Below, in pieces: positions 12,718 through 24,973 of a DNA stretch of 64,000 nucleotides (its first letter is position 1; every line of letters begins with the position of its first letter). The DNA is from Magallana gigas (lineage: Eukaryota): NCBI RefSeq assembly GCF_963853765.1, contig NC_088855.1:39184001-39248000 (forward strand), in the 5' to 3' direction. Made by a program: the position numbers and the translations under genes. The notes under the pieces are model-generated. The model had not been told where the DNA came from. It was given only the letters and a program-made list of their open reading frames with translations, and did not search any database.

Positions 12718-15700
12718 ATGGCTGCATCAACACCTCGAAAAACGTGTGTTTTGTCAGACGTTTGCATTCTATGCGGATTTTCCTTCATTCAAATTGAAAA
12801 AACGGATGGTGGAGAGAAAATTCACAAGTTTTTTGATATTAAGTTAAAATTAAATAAGGAAAGAGTCGACAATGTAAAGAAGATTACCGGACTGCCAGAC
12901 ATTGATGTAGCAACGAATGCTGGCGTTTGCAAAAAATGTTACAGATCAGTAGAGTCTATTTTAAAGACGGAAGAAAAAAACCAGATAACCAAGCAGAGAT
13001 TCCGCGAAATTGCAGAAACCACAATGAAATCACACATGCTACAACTGCCCTCACCTAGGAGAAAATCCATAAGTAAACGAATGCTGAGAAGCCCGTCCAT
13101 GCCATCTTCAAAAAAGCAGACATTGGTGAACCTATCATATCGAAAGCTCGTGCAAATAGCGCCATTTAAGGACCTGACGAATACAACAGAATGGCAGAAA
13201 ACTGAGGTAAGTCTGCTGTCATACTGTTATGGGATGTAGGAAGTAATTCGAAATTCCTCTATATCAATTAACAGGTAGACATTCACTTTATTGTTTACAA
13301 TATGAAGATAATGAAGATTTTGCCGTTTTAATCTGACATTGGCGTCGGAAGCAAATTGAAAGTGAAGGGCTAGGCTTATCAGGAATGTTGACAAGCAAAA
13401 AAACTAAACAAAAAATAACCAGGAATATAGTTGTCCAAAATGCACCCCCTGTTCTGACGCCTATGTCTGAAAGAATTAACTGTATTGTCCATATATTAAA
13501 CTACCCGGTAAATACAGATACAGATGTATATCAACTGTGTTTTAATCAATAGGATTTGGTTATTTATCTACTCTATTTGAAGTTATACATGTATGACATG
13601 TATGATTAAAGATTTTATGATTTACTACATTATATTCACAGCTGTCTCTACCAGTCACCTGTCCACCGGAATTTAGTGCATCCACCAATATCCCTATTGC
13701 ACCAAAGGAGAAACAAGGTATGTTGGATTTGTTTTAAAAAATTGAAGTTATGAATGTATGAAATAATAAAATATGACCATATTTCACATGAAGTACTCGT
13801 TATATAATTTTAACTGAGTGATATGTTGTTGTTGTTGTAAGTACATGTAAACATGAAACACAAATAAATCATAAATTTAATTTGAATATACTGGCAGACA
13901 ATCAATTCTCACCAAGTACCAATTCTTGCCACCTCTTTTATTTTTGACGCAACAATTTACTGGCAGGAAATGGTACTTGGAGAGAATTGGTCGTTGGTGA
14001 GTAGCGATCTAAAATAAAATATTTGTTTTAAATAATTTTTATCTTGTATTATCAATTTATTCTGGATTTTTCTTCTTCATCGATGTTACATCTAGTTTGG
14101 AAATACAAGGGTTTAAGCGATCTTAAGATCTTAGTGACATTCATTCCACACTATTAGACGGATTGAGGTTAATTCAAAACATTTAGTAGTTGTTAAGTGT
14201 TGAAAATGTTATAATGCTAATTATGTATTTACTGCCCCAAATCATGATAGAAAATATTTTTATTGTATTGATAAATTTATGATGAATTGTAACAGAATCA
14301 GTTCCTAAATCCTCTAAGAGGGCCTTATTCTCAAGCGCACTAAAATCGGACCAGTGTTGTCTAGATGGGAAAGTTGAGGTGCAATGTTACAAATTTTTTT
14401 TTTTTTCAATTTCGTTTGTTTCGATTAGTCTTAGATTACACCTGTTTTATTTGAATGTTATGTAGAAATGTAGGGAACTTGTTAATTAACTGTGTTGAAC
14501 ATTCCTTTAACAGTATGTTTTGTGTACCGATATATACCATAAAATAAATACTTAAGGGTTCCAATGTCAATAAATGAATACACCCAGAAAGATAATCACT
14601 GCTCTTTTGAATATCTATGTAGGTAGTCGGTCATTTTCCACCTACTTCAAATTTATGTATCGGTATTCAATTCATTCATACAATTTTTTTTTTTATTTTA
14701 CAAAAGACTTCCAAAGTTGTTTTTAAAAGTTTTCCAATGACAGAAATCTTTGGAAAACTTTAAACTTAAACCTTCACTAGTAATCTCATTAAGATTTGTT
14801 GAGACTAAAAGATTTTGACGGATCGGTCAAAATTTTTCAGTCAAAATCTCTCTGAGATTACGGTATATTACTAGAGGAGACTATTGTAAAAAAAATTCTG
14901 ATTTATACATGTTTTATTTTCTATCTGACATTTGTCACACTGATTCAAATATTGTAAAAAAAAAAAAAATGTAAAATTCTTATTGCCAACAAACTACTTG
15001 TTGGTTTAAATATCAAATTTTATATTAAGCAGTCATGACTCAAATGTAAACATGTATAAATTTTCATTGTTCCTTATAGTCCTTAATTGATTTTTGTTTT
15101 ATTGAACTGTTAAATTATTTCTTTGTTTTTGTTTCTGATTTTGTTGTACAGGTTAAAATCAACATAATGACCAACCAATGTCTACCAGTATTAAATTTCC
15201 AACAAGTAACCTTGCCAATGCAAGTAACTGAATATTGTAATGTACTTTTGTCTAAATCAGCTTTTTAAGTATATAAAAGGACAAATGAATTGGCATTAGA
15301 AAAAATGAAGGAGCTTTAAGAAAATGTTAAATTATTTTGTGTAATGATGAACACTTACAACTGAGATACTCCAATGAAAATTTGATGCTGATATTAATGA
15401 TCAGTTTAAATTCAAAAATTCAAACAGTACTGACAAGTGTTGACCTTGTTAACTTTAGATTTTGATATTTGCGTTTATAGGTGTCCGTGTATTATGCCAG
15501 TGGAAAGAAGAGTGTTGAAATCACAAATGATGCACACAAAACTATATGTAAAGCATTCATCAGAGGAAAAGGTGTGGAAAAAATCATAGTTGATAGTATT
15601 TGCAAAGCAAATAAGTCAGCAGTAATTCATGGTGCAGGGCAAATTCTGAAGGAGGAGTCTCAAAGAACATGCAAGAGAGGAAATTCCCTGTTACAGAGAA

Positions 15701-18700
15701 AAGACTATCATAACTTCTTTGGCTTCCATTGGAAAGATATGTATGATGACTTGAGCAGAACCTGTCCTTCACTTCTTGAATTACTATCATCTGTTGTATG
15801 TGACATCCCGCCTGCACCTCCCAGTAAACCCTTTGTTCATATCATGTTAGCTGCTGCAGTGGCACTACATGGTAGAAATCAGGAGATGTCATTGATGCAT
15901 TACTTTACCGGGTTTATACTTACACATGGAGGTTGCACGCAACGGGTAAGTTATACATGTACATGTATATAATTTACTAAGTCTATTTTAAATTGCAGTT
16001 GTAATTGTGGTTTTCTGCCAACCATATCATTTTAAAATTGGTAATTTATATCTAGGATATACAAAGTATGCATCAGGTTTGTGCTGAACTAGCATAACAT
16101 TTTTAATTTGCAGGAGCCATGCTGTGCAAATTTTAATCTATATTTCTTTTTAATCTTCATAACAGGATATTGAGAGGTTGTCTAAAATTGGATTTAGTGT
16201 CCACCCACAAACCGTTCACAAGAAACTTATCAGCTGGCAAGACAATTTAGACATGGATTTGGTTTCTATTAGAGACTCATGGGCAGAAGGTGATCAGACG
16301 AAGTTCCAGATCATAGGCGATAACTGGGATAAGAATATACTACCATCTTATAGAACTTCAGATAGAAAAACCCTCTCGCTTCATCTCTTTAATATGTATG
16401 CCATTGTGGATCGGGTTGTACCAGCATCTTCAACAAACTCCCTGACAGAGAATAGACCAGAACTTGACAATCTGAAATTCATTCCATCAACTCAAGAACA
16501 GGAGCTTCTGTTAAAGGAAATGACCTTTCTATGTGCACGTTCTGTCATTGAAAACATACCACAGATTGGAAATTTGTTCCACAAAATATATCCTGATCAT
16601 CTTGAGCACAAATACAGTCGCTTTGCTGGTTTGAAGACCACTCAGGTGATTTAGATTGAATTATAAAGTAGTTAAAAGAAGGAGCAAATTAATATGTGCC
16701 AGCATTGTTTGTATGACCATCCCATCCCATAATATGTACCTACCGAAAGCTTATGAGCATAATCACGTCTCGGAAATTAGCTTAAACTAATAATTGGCCA
16801 TATTTTAGATTATAGATTGTTATATAAATATTGCTTATGATAAGTAAGTACCTCATTAATGTTTATAATCCAATATCATTCTTATAACTATATGTACATT
16901 GTATGCATTTTATTTTGCAGTATCCACTTGGATTGTATGACTGTAACGAAACAAAAACTGCTGATGTTGTCCAGTTGCTGAAGAAGCTAACAAACATGTA
17001 TGTGCCAATGAAAGATGATGAAATTGTTGAGCCAGTATTTTTTGGAGGTTTGTCTTTTATATTTTTTTTTTAATTTAATAGTTAACACCTCTACAAGTAG
17101 AAATATTTACACAATGTCACATCTTCAATACTATGAATATAAGCTTGTTTTCAAAGAAATGAAATTTAGAACCCATCCAACCCTGTATTCAAGCCTAAAA
17201 ACTGATATCAGATCTTGTTATGGGAGTATATCTATAGCTTATATCCTACTTAATATCATGTATATCTTACCTGTGAGAAATTAACATTAATGCAATCCAT
17301 CTATTTATGGATCTCAGGTACACTGATATATGAATCTCAGAATAGTGAAAATTCTTTCAGATGGTCCACAGTTGGCTACTGATTTATAAGTTGTATGCAT
17401 ATTGCATAATATCTTATTCATTTTCAGGAGACCGACTCACCGACGAACGAGTGCAGGGAGCTCAACAAGCAATGAGCAATGCAGGTTCTGCGAAAGAGAG
17501 GCTAGAGGGGTTTATTTCTAAGACAGAGGATTTCCACCGTCTCATGAATTTCTTAGAGGTACAATTTTTGCTATGGTTGAAGGCAATTTTTTCACATTAA
17601 AATTTTAAGAAATATTTGTGTATGGTTAGCTAAATCATTCTTAATTTTGATATTATTATACCATTGTTTCCAAAATTAATTACCAAGCATTCAATATTTA
17701 AATTGATATATTTAAATTTTAGGCAATACACAAGATGACATTCAGTACAGAAAGTGCAAGTGATCCTGGAACTGTTTATTATTATAGAAATGTCCTTAAC
17801 ATGAGAAATGTCAAAGGAAAAGTAAAGAATTCATATCGACCACACAAAATGTTATACTATACTGTTTTGGATGGTATAATCATGGCACTTTTCTATAATC
17901 ATTTTGGGTTAAAGGATTTTGAAAGCGATATTCCTGTACCAGAACATTTTCAGAATTTTACAGAGGAGCAGAAATTGCATTGGTTGAATGACATTTGTGA
18001 AGAAATTGTACAGAAGTGGTTTTTTGACAATGGCACAGATATTTGTCAATCCCTTAGAGAAGTACTATCAGATCCCAATCACCCTGAAAATTACTGGACT
18101 GAAAACATTTGTGAAGGTGGTCGGATTAAGTGTCACTTTTGTGAAAAGGATTATGCTTTTATAGGTTCATTAAAGTCGCATGAATCTAAAGTTCATAATT
18201 TCGTTGTTATGAAGGATAAAAAGCCAAAGAAAAAAAATGACTCGGATGAATTACAAGACTACATTTCTCTGCTGTTTAAGTTAACCTTGCTGCACAAAAA
18301 CCTTGACACTGCTGTAGATATGGGAGACGGTGAGCGTTCAGTACGTTCTACTAAGTATGAACTACCTATTTATAACAGAACAAGAAAAGTCAAGTATGTG
18401 ATTGGTTCTATTCATTTATCAGCTTTGACATCTGGAGTACTTGAAGAGGAGCAATGTGAGCGTTTGGTTGCTAATCGATTTGTCAATGTACAAGGAGGGC
18501 GAAACAATAACATAGCTTTGGATGAATACCTCGAGATATTAAACCGGGAAAGCAAAATAGCCTGTTCAGGACATCAGACTAAAAAAAGTATTATAGAGCA
18601 TTCAAAGGAATATCCGCATTTAGTTGGATTTGTGCAACATTTGGAGTCAATCAGCGATATGAACCCAAGGAAAGGATTTCATCACTTACCAAATTACCAT

Positions 18701-18895
18701 GATGATGTTAAAAAAGTTGCCTTAGATTTGGTGAAACATAATGTACTGTGTAACATTCCAAAACGTCAATTACAATGCAGATGCCTTGTTAATGACAAAA
18801 ACCCTTTTGAAAACTGTTACTCTGGACTTCCAGAAATGATTCATCGCCACAAGCCAAGCTTACCATACCGACGACTCCGAAGTCATCATATTTAG
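12718..18895 (+). CDS. AcademH transposase (DUF6589-like), 8 exons, ~1007 aa
   Basis: Exons 12718-13206, 13642-13717, 14296-14378, 15481-15945, 16166-16645, 16921-17047, 17428-17558 and 17723-18895 total 3024 nt with all phases compatible and no stop. Motifs IGDNWD, FGGDRLTDER, TEDFHRLMNF, NNIALDEYLEILNRESK. Small exons 2-3 are less certain. Confidence 0.82.
13337..13465. mobile_element. 129-bp mini-MITE with 5-bp TSD, in transposase intron 1
   Basis: tctga|cattggcgtcggaa ... ttctgacgcctatg|tctga; contains ttgacaagcaaaaaaa, shared with the G-tract MITE family. Confidence 0.7.
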
Positions 18896-18900
18896 CTTAA

Positions 18901-19242
18901 GGTACCTCACTACACCTTGAAGTAGTTTCTTAATTCACCAGAAAATTACTTGATTATGATAGATAGCATGATGGATAAGAAGTATATGTGTCAAATAGGC
19001 GAAAAAATGTGCAATTTTAGATAAAAAATGACATTTTCAAAAATTTCATTCAGTAAACATAAACAAAAGCCCCAGTCGGATTCGAGTTCATGACCTGCGG
19101 TTCACAAGCCTGATACTTTAACCACTGAGCTATTACGATATACATCTGAGTCAATTGATACAAACAGTTTAACGAAACATTTAAATCGCCATCTTGTGAC
19201 GTAGCGTCTTGAAAAGTACAAGTCTTGGTGTAGTGAAGTACC
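18901..19242. mobile_element. TTAA-flanked MITE (Kolobok-like) containing a tRNA-like segment, nested in AcademH
   Basis: ttaa|ggtacctcactacacc ... ggtgtagtgaagtacc|ttaa. Minus-strand 19137-19069 has an A box (tagctcagtgg) and a B-box-like ctcgaatcc. Confidence 0.8.
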
Positions 19243-19654
19243 TTAACATAATGATTGTACATTGTATTATTGTAGTACAGGAATTATCATCCATGTCATG
19301 TTAATATTGAACAGTCATCTAAAGTAAATAATGTCACAGTGAAAATTTTTCTGTGGATGTTTTTCAAGATTCTTGCCTTTAATTCACCCTCACTAAGGCT
19401 GTCCAAAGATAATTTTTTGTTGAACATCACCAACAAACATGAAGAAATTGCCATTTTGAAAAATAACTTATTATAAGTCCAACTTTAATCTTCCTTGTAC
19501 AGTAGGTAATGTATTTCGAAGGTGACAATAAATATAGAATTGACTTTGGACAGCCTAATTACTGTTTAAAAAGTTTGATATTTTAGCAAAAATCAATTTA
19601 AGTAATTTTTCTCGCATATAAATAAAAGCAGTAAAAAGTTCAATTTTTATTTGA

Positions 19655-21968
19655 TCAAGACAATTCTAAATTTTCATCATTGGAGAAGTACTCCTCTGTA
19701 TCACTGTCAGAAATATCACTGTCTTTCTGATTGACGCTTACCGATGAATGGTAATAGATTTCTTCCAGTGGAAGCATACTACAGTTCTGACACTTGCATT
19801 TAGTTTTACATAAATCACAACATGTGTGTTTCCTGCTTTCATTCTCTTTAAGCAATGCAATAGCTTCTGGCTTTAAAAAACACTGCATCAATGAAATTCT
19901 CCTACAGTCAGTTGATTTCAAAATTTCTTTCACATCTGATGAGAGTTTTCTAAGATGATAACAGTTATATAAAATAATAGCAACTGAAGGTCCTCCATCC
20001 CTGCCGACTCGTCCGATTTCTTGAAGCAGGTCAACAATTTGCACAGGTGGTCCAAATAATACGACACTGTGACAATTTTTCACATCCAATCCCATGCCCA
20101 ATGCGCTAGTGGCAATAACAATTTTGATTTCCCCTGTAATGTTTGTTAGACTTTCCAGGATTCTTTGTTTTTTGGTCTGTGGGGTTTCAGAATGAAACAT
20201 TTCCAGTAAAGTTGAAGTGAAAGGTAATTCCTTTGTAACATATGAATAAATTTCAGAGACATCCTTTATCGAGGTGCAATATATAATCGTTCTTGGAAAT
20301 TTTTCTTTGAGTTCACTCAGCCCCTCGATAAGCCAATGCATTGCTGTTTCTACAGTGTTTGATACTTTGGCTACTGATATTCTAATATTTGTTTTATTTG
20401 GAGAAATAACTATCTCTTTGAAATTGTCAGCTAAATGCAGTACCTTCATCACCCTCTTTCTAATCTTTATAGTGCACGTTGCACTGAGTGCCAACACTGA
20501 TGATCTTGGGTAAAGGGAGCGTAATTCTCCAACATCATTAAACCATTTACGAAATGTTTCCTTGCCTTGACTTTCACTATCGTCCCCCCTGTAAAAAAGA
20601 TTTCAACAAAACTTTGAAACCAGGTATATTTATCAATATATTGTGCAGTATGAAGATTAATCAAATACCAGTAATTAATGGTGCCAATGCTAATTTATAT
20701 GGAGGGACATTTCCATTAAGTAGATAATTTTTTTCTTAATTGATTTGGACTAACTGAAGAAATTTAATATGAACAATTATATATATAAACACTGGTATAA
20801 AATCTGTAGCTCAGCTTTTGAGATGTGAACATTTTTATCACTGATAATTTTGGTGTTTGCACATGCATTATTCCTGAATCCATATAGTTTTTGACAATGA
20901 CATGTTCCAGACAAATGAGTGACAAAAAAAATTATATTTTTTTTGTTTTTGTCATCAGTTATTCAGTATCTTCAGAGAACATAGTTCAGTATGGAACTTG
21001 ATAAATAATACCTGTATTTTTAATTAAACATACCATGTAGCAATTGTGTGGAATTCGTCTATGACAAGCACAGACACTGGCAAATTTTGGATGCTTGCCC
21101 TCCATTCTGGATCACCTACCAAGGTTTCTGGCGATGCATATATGATGTCCACTTTGCCTTCCTTTATTTCAATGTCACTCTGTGGACATGAACCTAACGG
21201 GAAAAGAAAATGCCATGGAATTTGATAAGTACAAATGAGTAAATATTACGAATTACAGTCAACTCGTAAACAAACTGACTTGTAAACAAATAGTCCGAGT
21301 GAAAAATTACCTTGTTATAATATTAGTCATGCTTTCAAAGAGTGAGAAGAATATTTAAACTTGGCCATATAATTAATCTTTTTGTTTAAAGATAAGATTG
21401 CATGGAAACAGAAATTTTCTATCAAATGTTGATATAGGGGCCTCTTTGGCAAACTTATAGGAGATGACACTAAATTGCCTAAAATTCTACATTCAGTTAT
21501 CTCACAATTTCTGAATTATTTGTAATCATATCAAAACTTAACCTTAACAGCTTTTCTTTTATATGTTTACAATCCAAGTATCATTGTTTTATATCAACGG
21601 TATTATTACCCATACATGTAGCAAGTGATTTTTGCAACATTATTGCTGAAAAAAAAAATAGAAAGGTAAATACCTGCGTAGGCTGATTTCACACCTGGAA
21701 TCTTTGACATTTTTTCTACTTGATCTTGCATTAAGGCCACAAGTGGACAGCACACGAGAACGATTTCTTTATCACTCGTCAGTCGTCGGTTTACCAAACT
21801 GTACATCTGATAAGGCAGGGACTTTCCATAGCCCGTGGGAAGAACTGCCATGCAGTCCGTTTTATTCATCAGACACTGTAGTATTGTTTTTTGTTCGTCC
21901 TTTAACGCATCGACTCCAAAAACTGGTAATAAATCGCAAACTAACGCTTCTATCGTGGACGCCGCCAT
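19655..21968 (-). CDS. AcademH RecQ-like superfamily 2 helicase, 3 exons, ~462 aa
   Basis: Exons 21968-21674, 21193-21034 and 20588-19655 total 1389 nt in frame. Motif I LPTGYGKS, Ia PLVALMQDQ, II IDEFH, III LSAT, V ATSALGMGLD, VI QEIGRVGRDG, C-terminal CRR...CCDLC Zn-binding. Confidence 0.9.
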
Positions 21969-22974
21969 CTTGTAAGCATAAACGAATCAAGCAAGAAAGA
22001 CGCTTTCTGATTGGGTGCTTGAAAAGGTTGATCCATATTTTGATTGGCTTGTTAAAAAATAAGATAATGTATTCATATTGAACTCTGACGTGACCCTTAA
22101 TGGGATGTTGTTAGATCTTCCACGCGACATATCGAAAACCGGGGAGCGGATGGAAGTTCTAATTTTAATTAGATTGGTAAGATTAGTAAAGAGCCACATT
22201 CCTTCGGATGTCTTAGCAGTTTGTATCTTAAAAGAATTTAAGGGGATTCTGTTCCTTAAAAAGAAAATATTTGTGTGTAAAGGGCAAATGTTGCCACTCC
22301 GTCCGGTAAAATTTTATTTTAAATTCCTGACTGCTACACCCACATATAGTATTAGGTTTTTTTCTCACAAGTATCATATAAACATTATGAAATGCATTTC
22401 TTGGCCCCTCGCCCAAAAAAGAATAAAAAGGCTATTAGATGAAAATCAATACCGTCAGACAAATAGGACAAACCGACCGTAATATTTTAAGATTATTTCA
22501 ACGAGACACATTGGATTTCAGGCCTTTGTCACATTTTTAAAAAGTCGTCGGATAAACTCAATTATAAATTTGTTTTACTACAGCAACTTCTCTTTCTTAA
22601 CATTACATTAAGTTTCCGGTCTTTTTAGTGACACAATACATGTATATATACATGTATCGGGTCTCATTCCTTTAATTGCAATATCTTACGATGAAAATCA
22701 ATTATTTAAATACTATTATAAATAATGTGTAACTTTAATCTGAATAAATTAAAAAAAAAAAAAACCTATGCTAAAGTCACTTTTATGTCCACTCCAACAG
22801 TAAGAAGATCAAATGAAAAATATCACTACAAGAATCAATATTAAAAAGTAGGGAGTGGGGGGTGGCCTTTCCCTGATGCTATGTGCCTAATGGTTAGGTC
22901 TAACTTTGCAAAAAAATGTGGAGCCCCCCCCCCCCCCCGGTTCCGATGTCTATGCCATGTATGACTATGCAGTT

Positions 22975-23990
22975 CTTTTAACGAGGCGGACCTATTCTTG
23001 AACTATAATATTGGGTCCTACCTCTGAAATAAAAGATCATCGGGTCAACATACTGTGAATTTTTTCGCATATAGCATTTCAATGGGGCGGACTTTTTCTT
23101 GTACTATGATATTGTGTCCTACCCTCTGAATAAAAAATAGTTATCGATAAACATCCATACATTATTAATATCTATTTACCTACCAGGCACGTAGCATCAG
23201 GGGGGGGGGGGGGGGGCCAGGGGGGGGCCTGCCCCCCCCCCCCCCACTTTTTCTAGCAGCAACAAATTTTGTAAAATTGACATATAAAAAATGGGATTAT
23301 CATTGAGTTGGCCCCCCCACTTTTTTGGGAGTATGTAAAAAATTGATATGAAAATAAGGAAATGAGTAGTGAAATTGAAGTTATATAGTAAGCCAGCCCC
23401 CCCCCCCCCCCCCGGATTAGGATTTTGAAGATTTTGGGAAACATGACATTTCCTTTCTTTTTTTTCTTTTTTTTTGCTTGTCAAGATTTTTTGGATGAGT
23501 CTGGCCCCCCCACTTTCAAAAACGATGCTACGTGCCTGCCTACTAGTACTTAATTCCTTGTTTAACTACATGTACTGACATGTTGATTTTTTTTCAACGA
23601 GCGGACCTTTTCTTTAGCGATATTTTATAAGATCATCGGGGTATATTAAACCAAGTATTAATATTAGTATCAATTATCTGCATCCAGCATTTCAACAGGC
23701 AGACCTTTTCTTGAGGCATAATATTGGGTCCTACCCATATATTGAAAGAACATCGGGGTCATTCAAAGCAAGTATCAAATTGAATAAGAATTTTAATTTT
23801 CTGCATTCGGTATTTCAACAGGCGGGCCTTTTCTTGAACCACAGTATAAGGTCCTATCCCTAATATAAAAGATCATCAGGATAAATCAATACACGCATCA
23901 ATATGAATATTAATTATCTGCATTCAGTATTTCAACGGGGCAGACCTTTTCTCGAACTATACTATTGGATTCAATCCACTGAAAAAAAGA
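22975..23990. repeat. Degenerate tandem array of ~100-120-bp units, interrupted by a MITE
   Basis: Recurrent ttcaac...gcggaccttttcttgaactataatattgggtcctacc...aaagatcatcggg about six times. The related ggacct motif recurs at 28150-28246. Confidence 0.65.
23184..23538. mobile_element. G/C-tract MITE, 15-bp TIR, 5-bp TSD (superfamily unassigned)
   Basis: cctac|caggcacgtagcatc ... gatgctacgtgcctg|cctac. Confidence 0.88.
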
Positions 23991-24128
23991 TCATCATTAA
24001 ATGAAAGTTAATGCAAGTGTCAACTTGATTAACTACATGCATTTCCTATTTAACAATGATACATGTACCATTGCTGCATCGAGACTGATCTTATCTTGGG
24101 ATATGAAATTAGGCACTTTTCCAACATG

Positions 24129-24134
<6 letters not shown>

Positions 24135-24190
<56 letters not shown>
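24135..24190. repeat. (GA)n microsatellite
   Basis: Pure AG run; a second one lies at 24745-24792. Confidence 0.97.
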
Positions 24191-24194
<4 letters not shown>

Positions 24195-24742
24195 ATCTAT
24201 ACATGTACCAATGAAAGACTGCTTCTCTTAGACACTATCCCTTTGGATAAGGACATCAATATTTTACTCCACGGAGATACATATTTTTTTTAAACCGCAA
24301 GGATATTGTTTTTTAGGCAGTTTTCAAATATATTTCTGCATTAAAGCGCTTTGTAACATAGCAATTTTATCACAAATTATACACTTTGCACCTACATGTT
24401 GTTATTTTCTTCCTCAGCGCAATTTTTGAAAGTATCAGTTCTGTCTTTAATTTTTAATAGATGTGCTTTCAAAGAAAACATAACTTGGACATATCAACAA
24501 TTTGAATTTTGTAAACTTTACCGATGGAAACGGATTTACTTATTAAGTGTTTACTTGTAACCAAATCCTTGCTTTATTTCATGTATATTATATACTATAT
24601 ATTACATTTGTATATACATATAAAAGTATTGTACGTTTGATTAAAGGAAGTGGGAATAAGTCCTTGAGAATAATGAGGTGATCAAATACCGTGGGGAATA
24701 AACACTTATACTTTTATTTTAGCAATATTGCATGCACATTAT

Positions 24743-24797
<55 letters not shown>

Positions 24798-24973
24798 TTT
24801 TACAACATTATCACTTTCATTACTTTTTTAAGCACTTTACTGGTAGTCAGTTAAAACATGCTTTTTAATTATAGGTACAAGTATTATCTAATTAATTTCA
24901 TTTGTCTTTTCACGTCCTTACATCTACCACAGCTACGGATGTACACTATATTGTCAACGTATACCCTCTGTTA

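Larger units (their letters stand above)
12489..22176. mobile_element. Full-length AcademH-type DNA transposon (transposase plus RecQ-like helicase), 9688 bp
   Basis: Perfect 72-bp TIRs (caatctaattaaaattagaacttccatccgctccccgg...aacaacat). 9-bp TSD GTAAGATTA at 12480-12488 and 22177-22185. CA...TG ends. Two convergent genes. Matches the published AcademH architecture (helicase-encoding Academ lineage, 9-10 bp TSD). Confidence 0.92.

Noticed and set aside
13902-13990. 27-bp imperfect inverted repeat in transposase intron 2
   Set aside because: Probably a decayed mini-MITE; no TSD could be confirmed and there is no evidence of function.
15152-15205. Possible extra in-frame 54-nt transposase exon (VKINIMTNQCLPVLNFQQ)
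   Set aside because: It has AG/GT ends, but the exon 3-4 junction reads naturally without it (GKVEVSVYYASG) and nothing else supports it; needs RNA-seq.
19069-19137. Functional tRNA gene (also ~38668-38734)
   Set aside because: Acceptor and anticodon stems do not pair properly and both lie inside TIR-bounded MITEs; treated as tRNA-derived fragments.
19655-21968. Host RecQ DNA-repair gene (BLM/WRN/RECQL-type)
   Set aside because: It lies wholly between matched TIRs with a TSD, opposite a transposase, and lacks the extra domains of host RecQ proteins; it is transposon-borne.
24001-24293. ER-repeat ORFs (also 55459-55909) and YI-repeat ORF 38843-39133
   Set aside because: Translation artefacts of (GA)n and (TA)n microsatellites.
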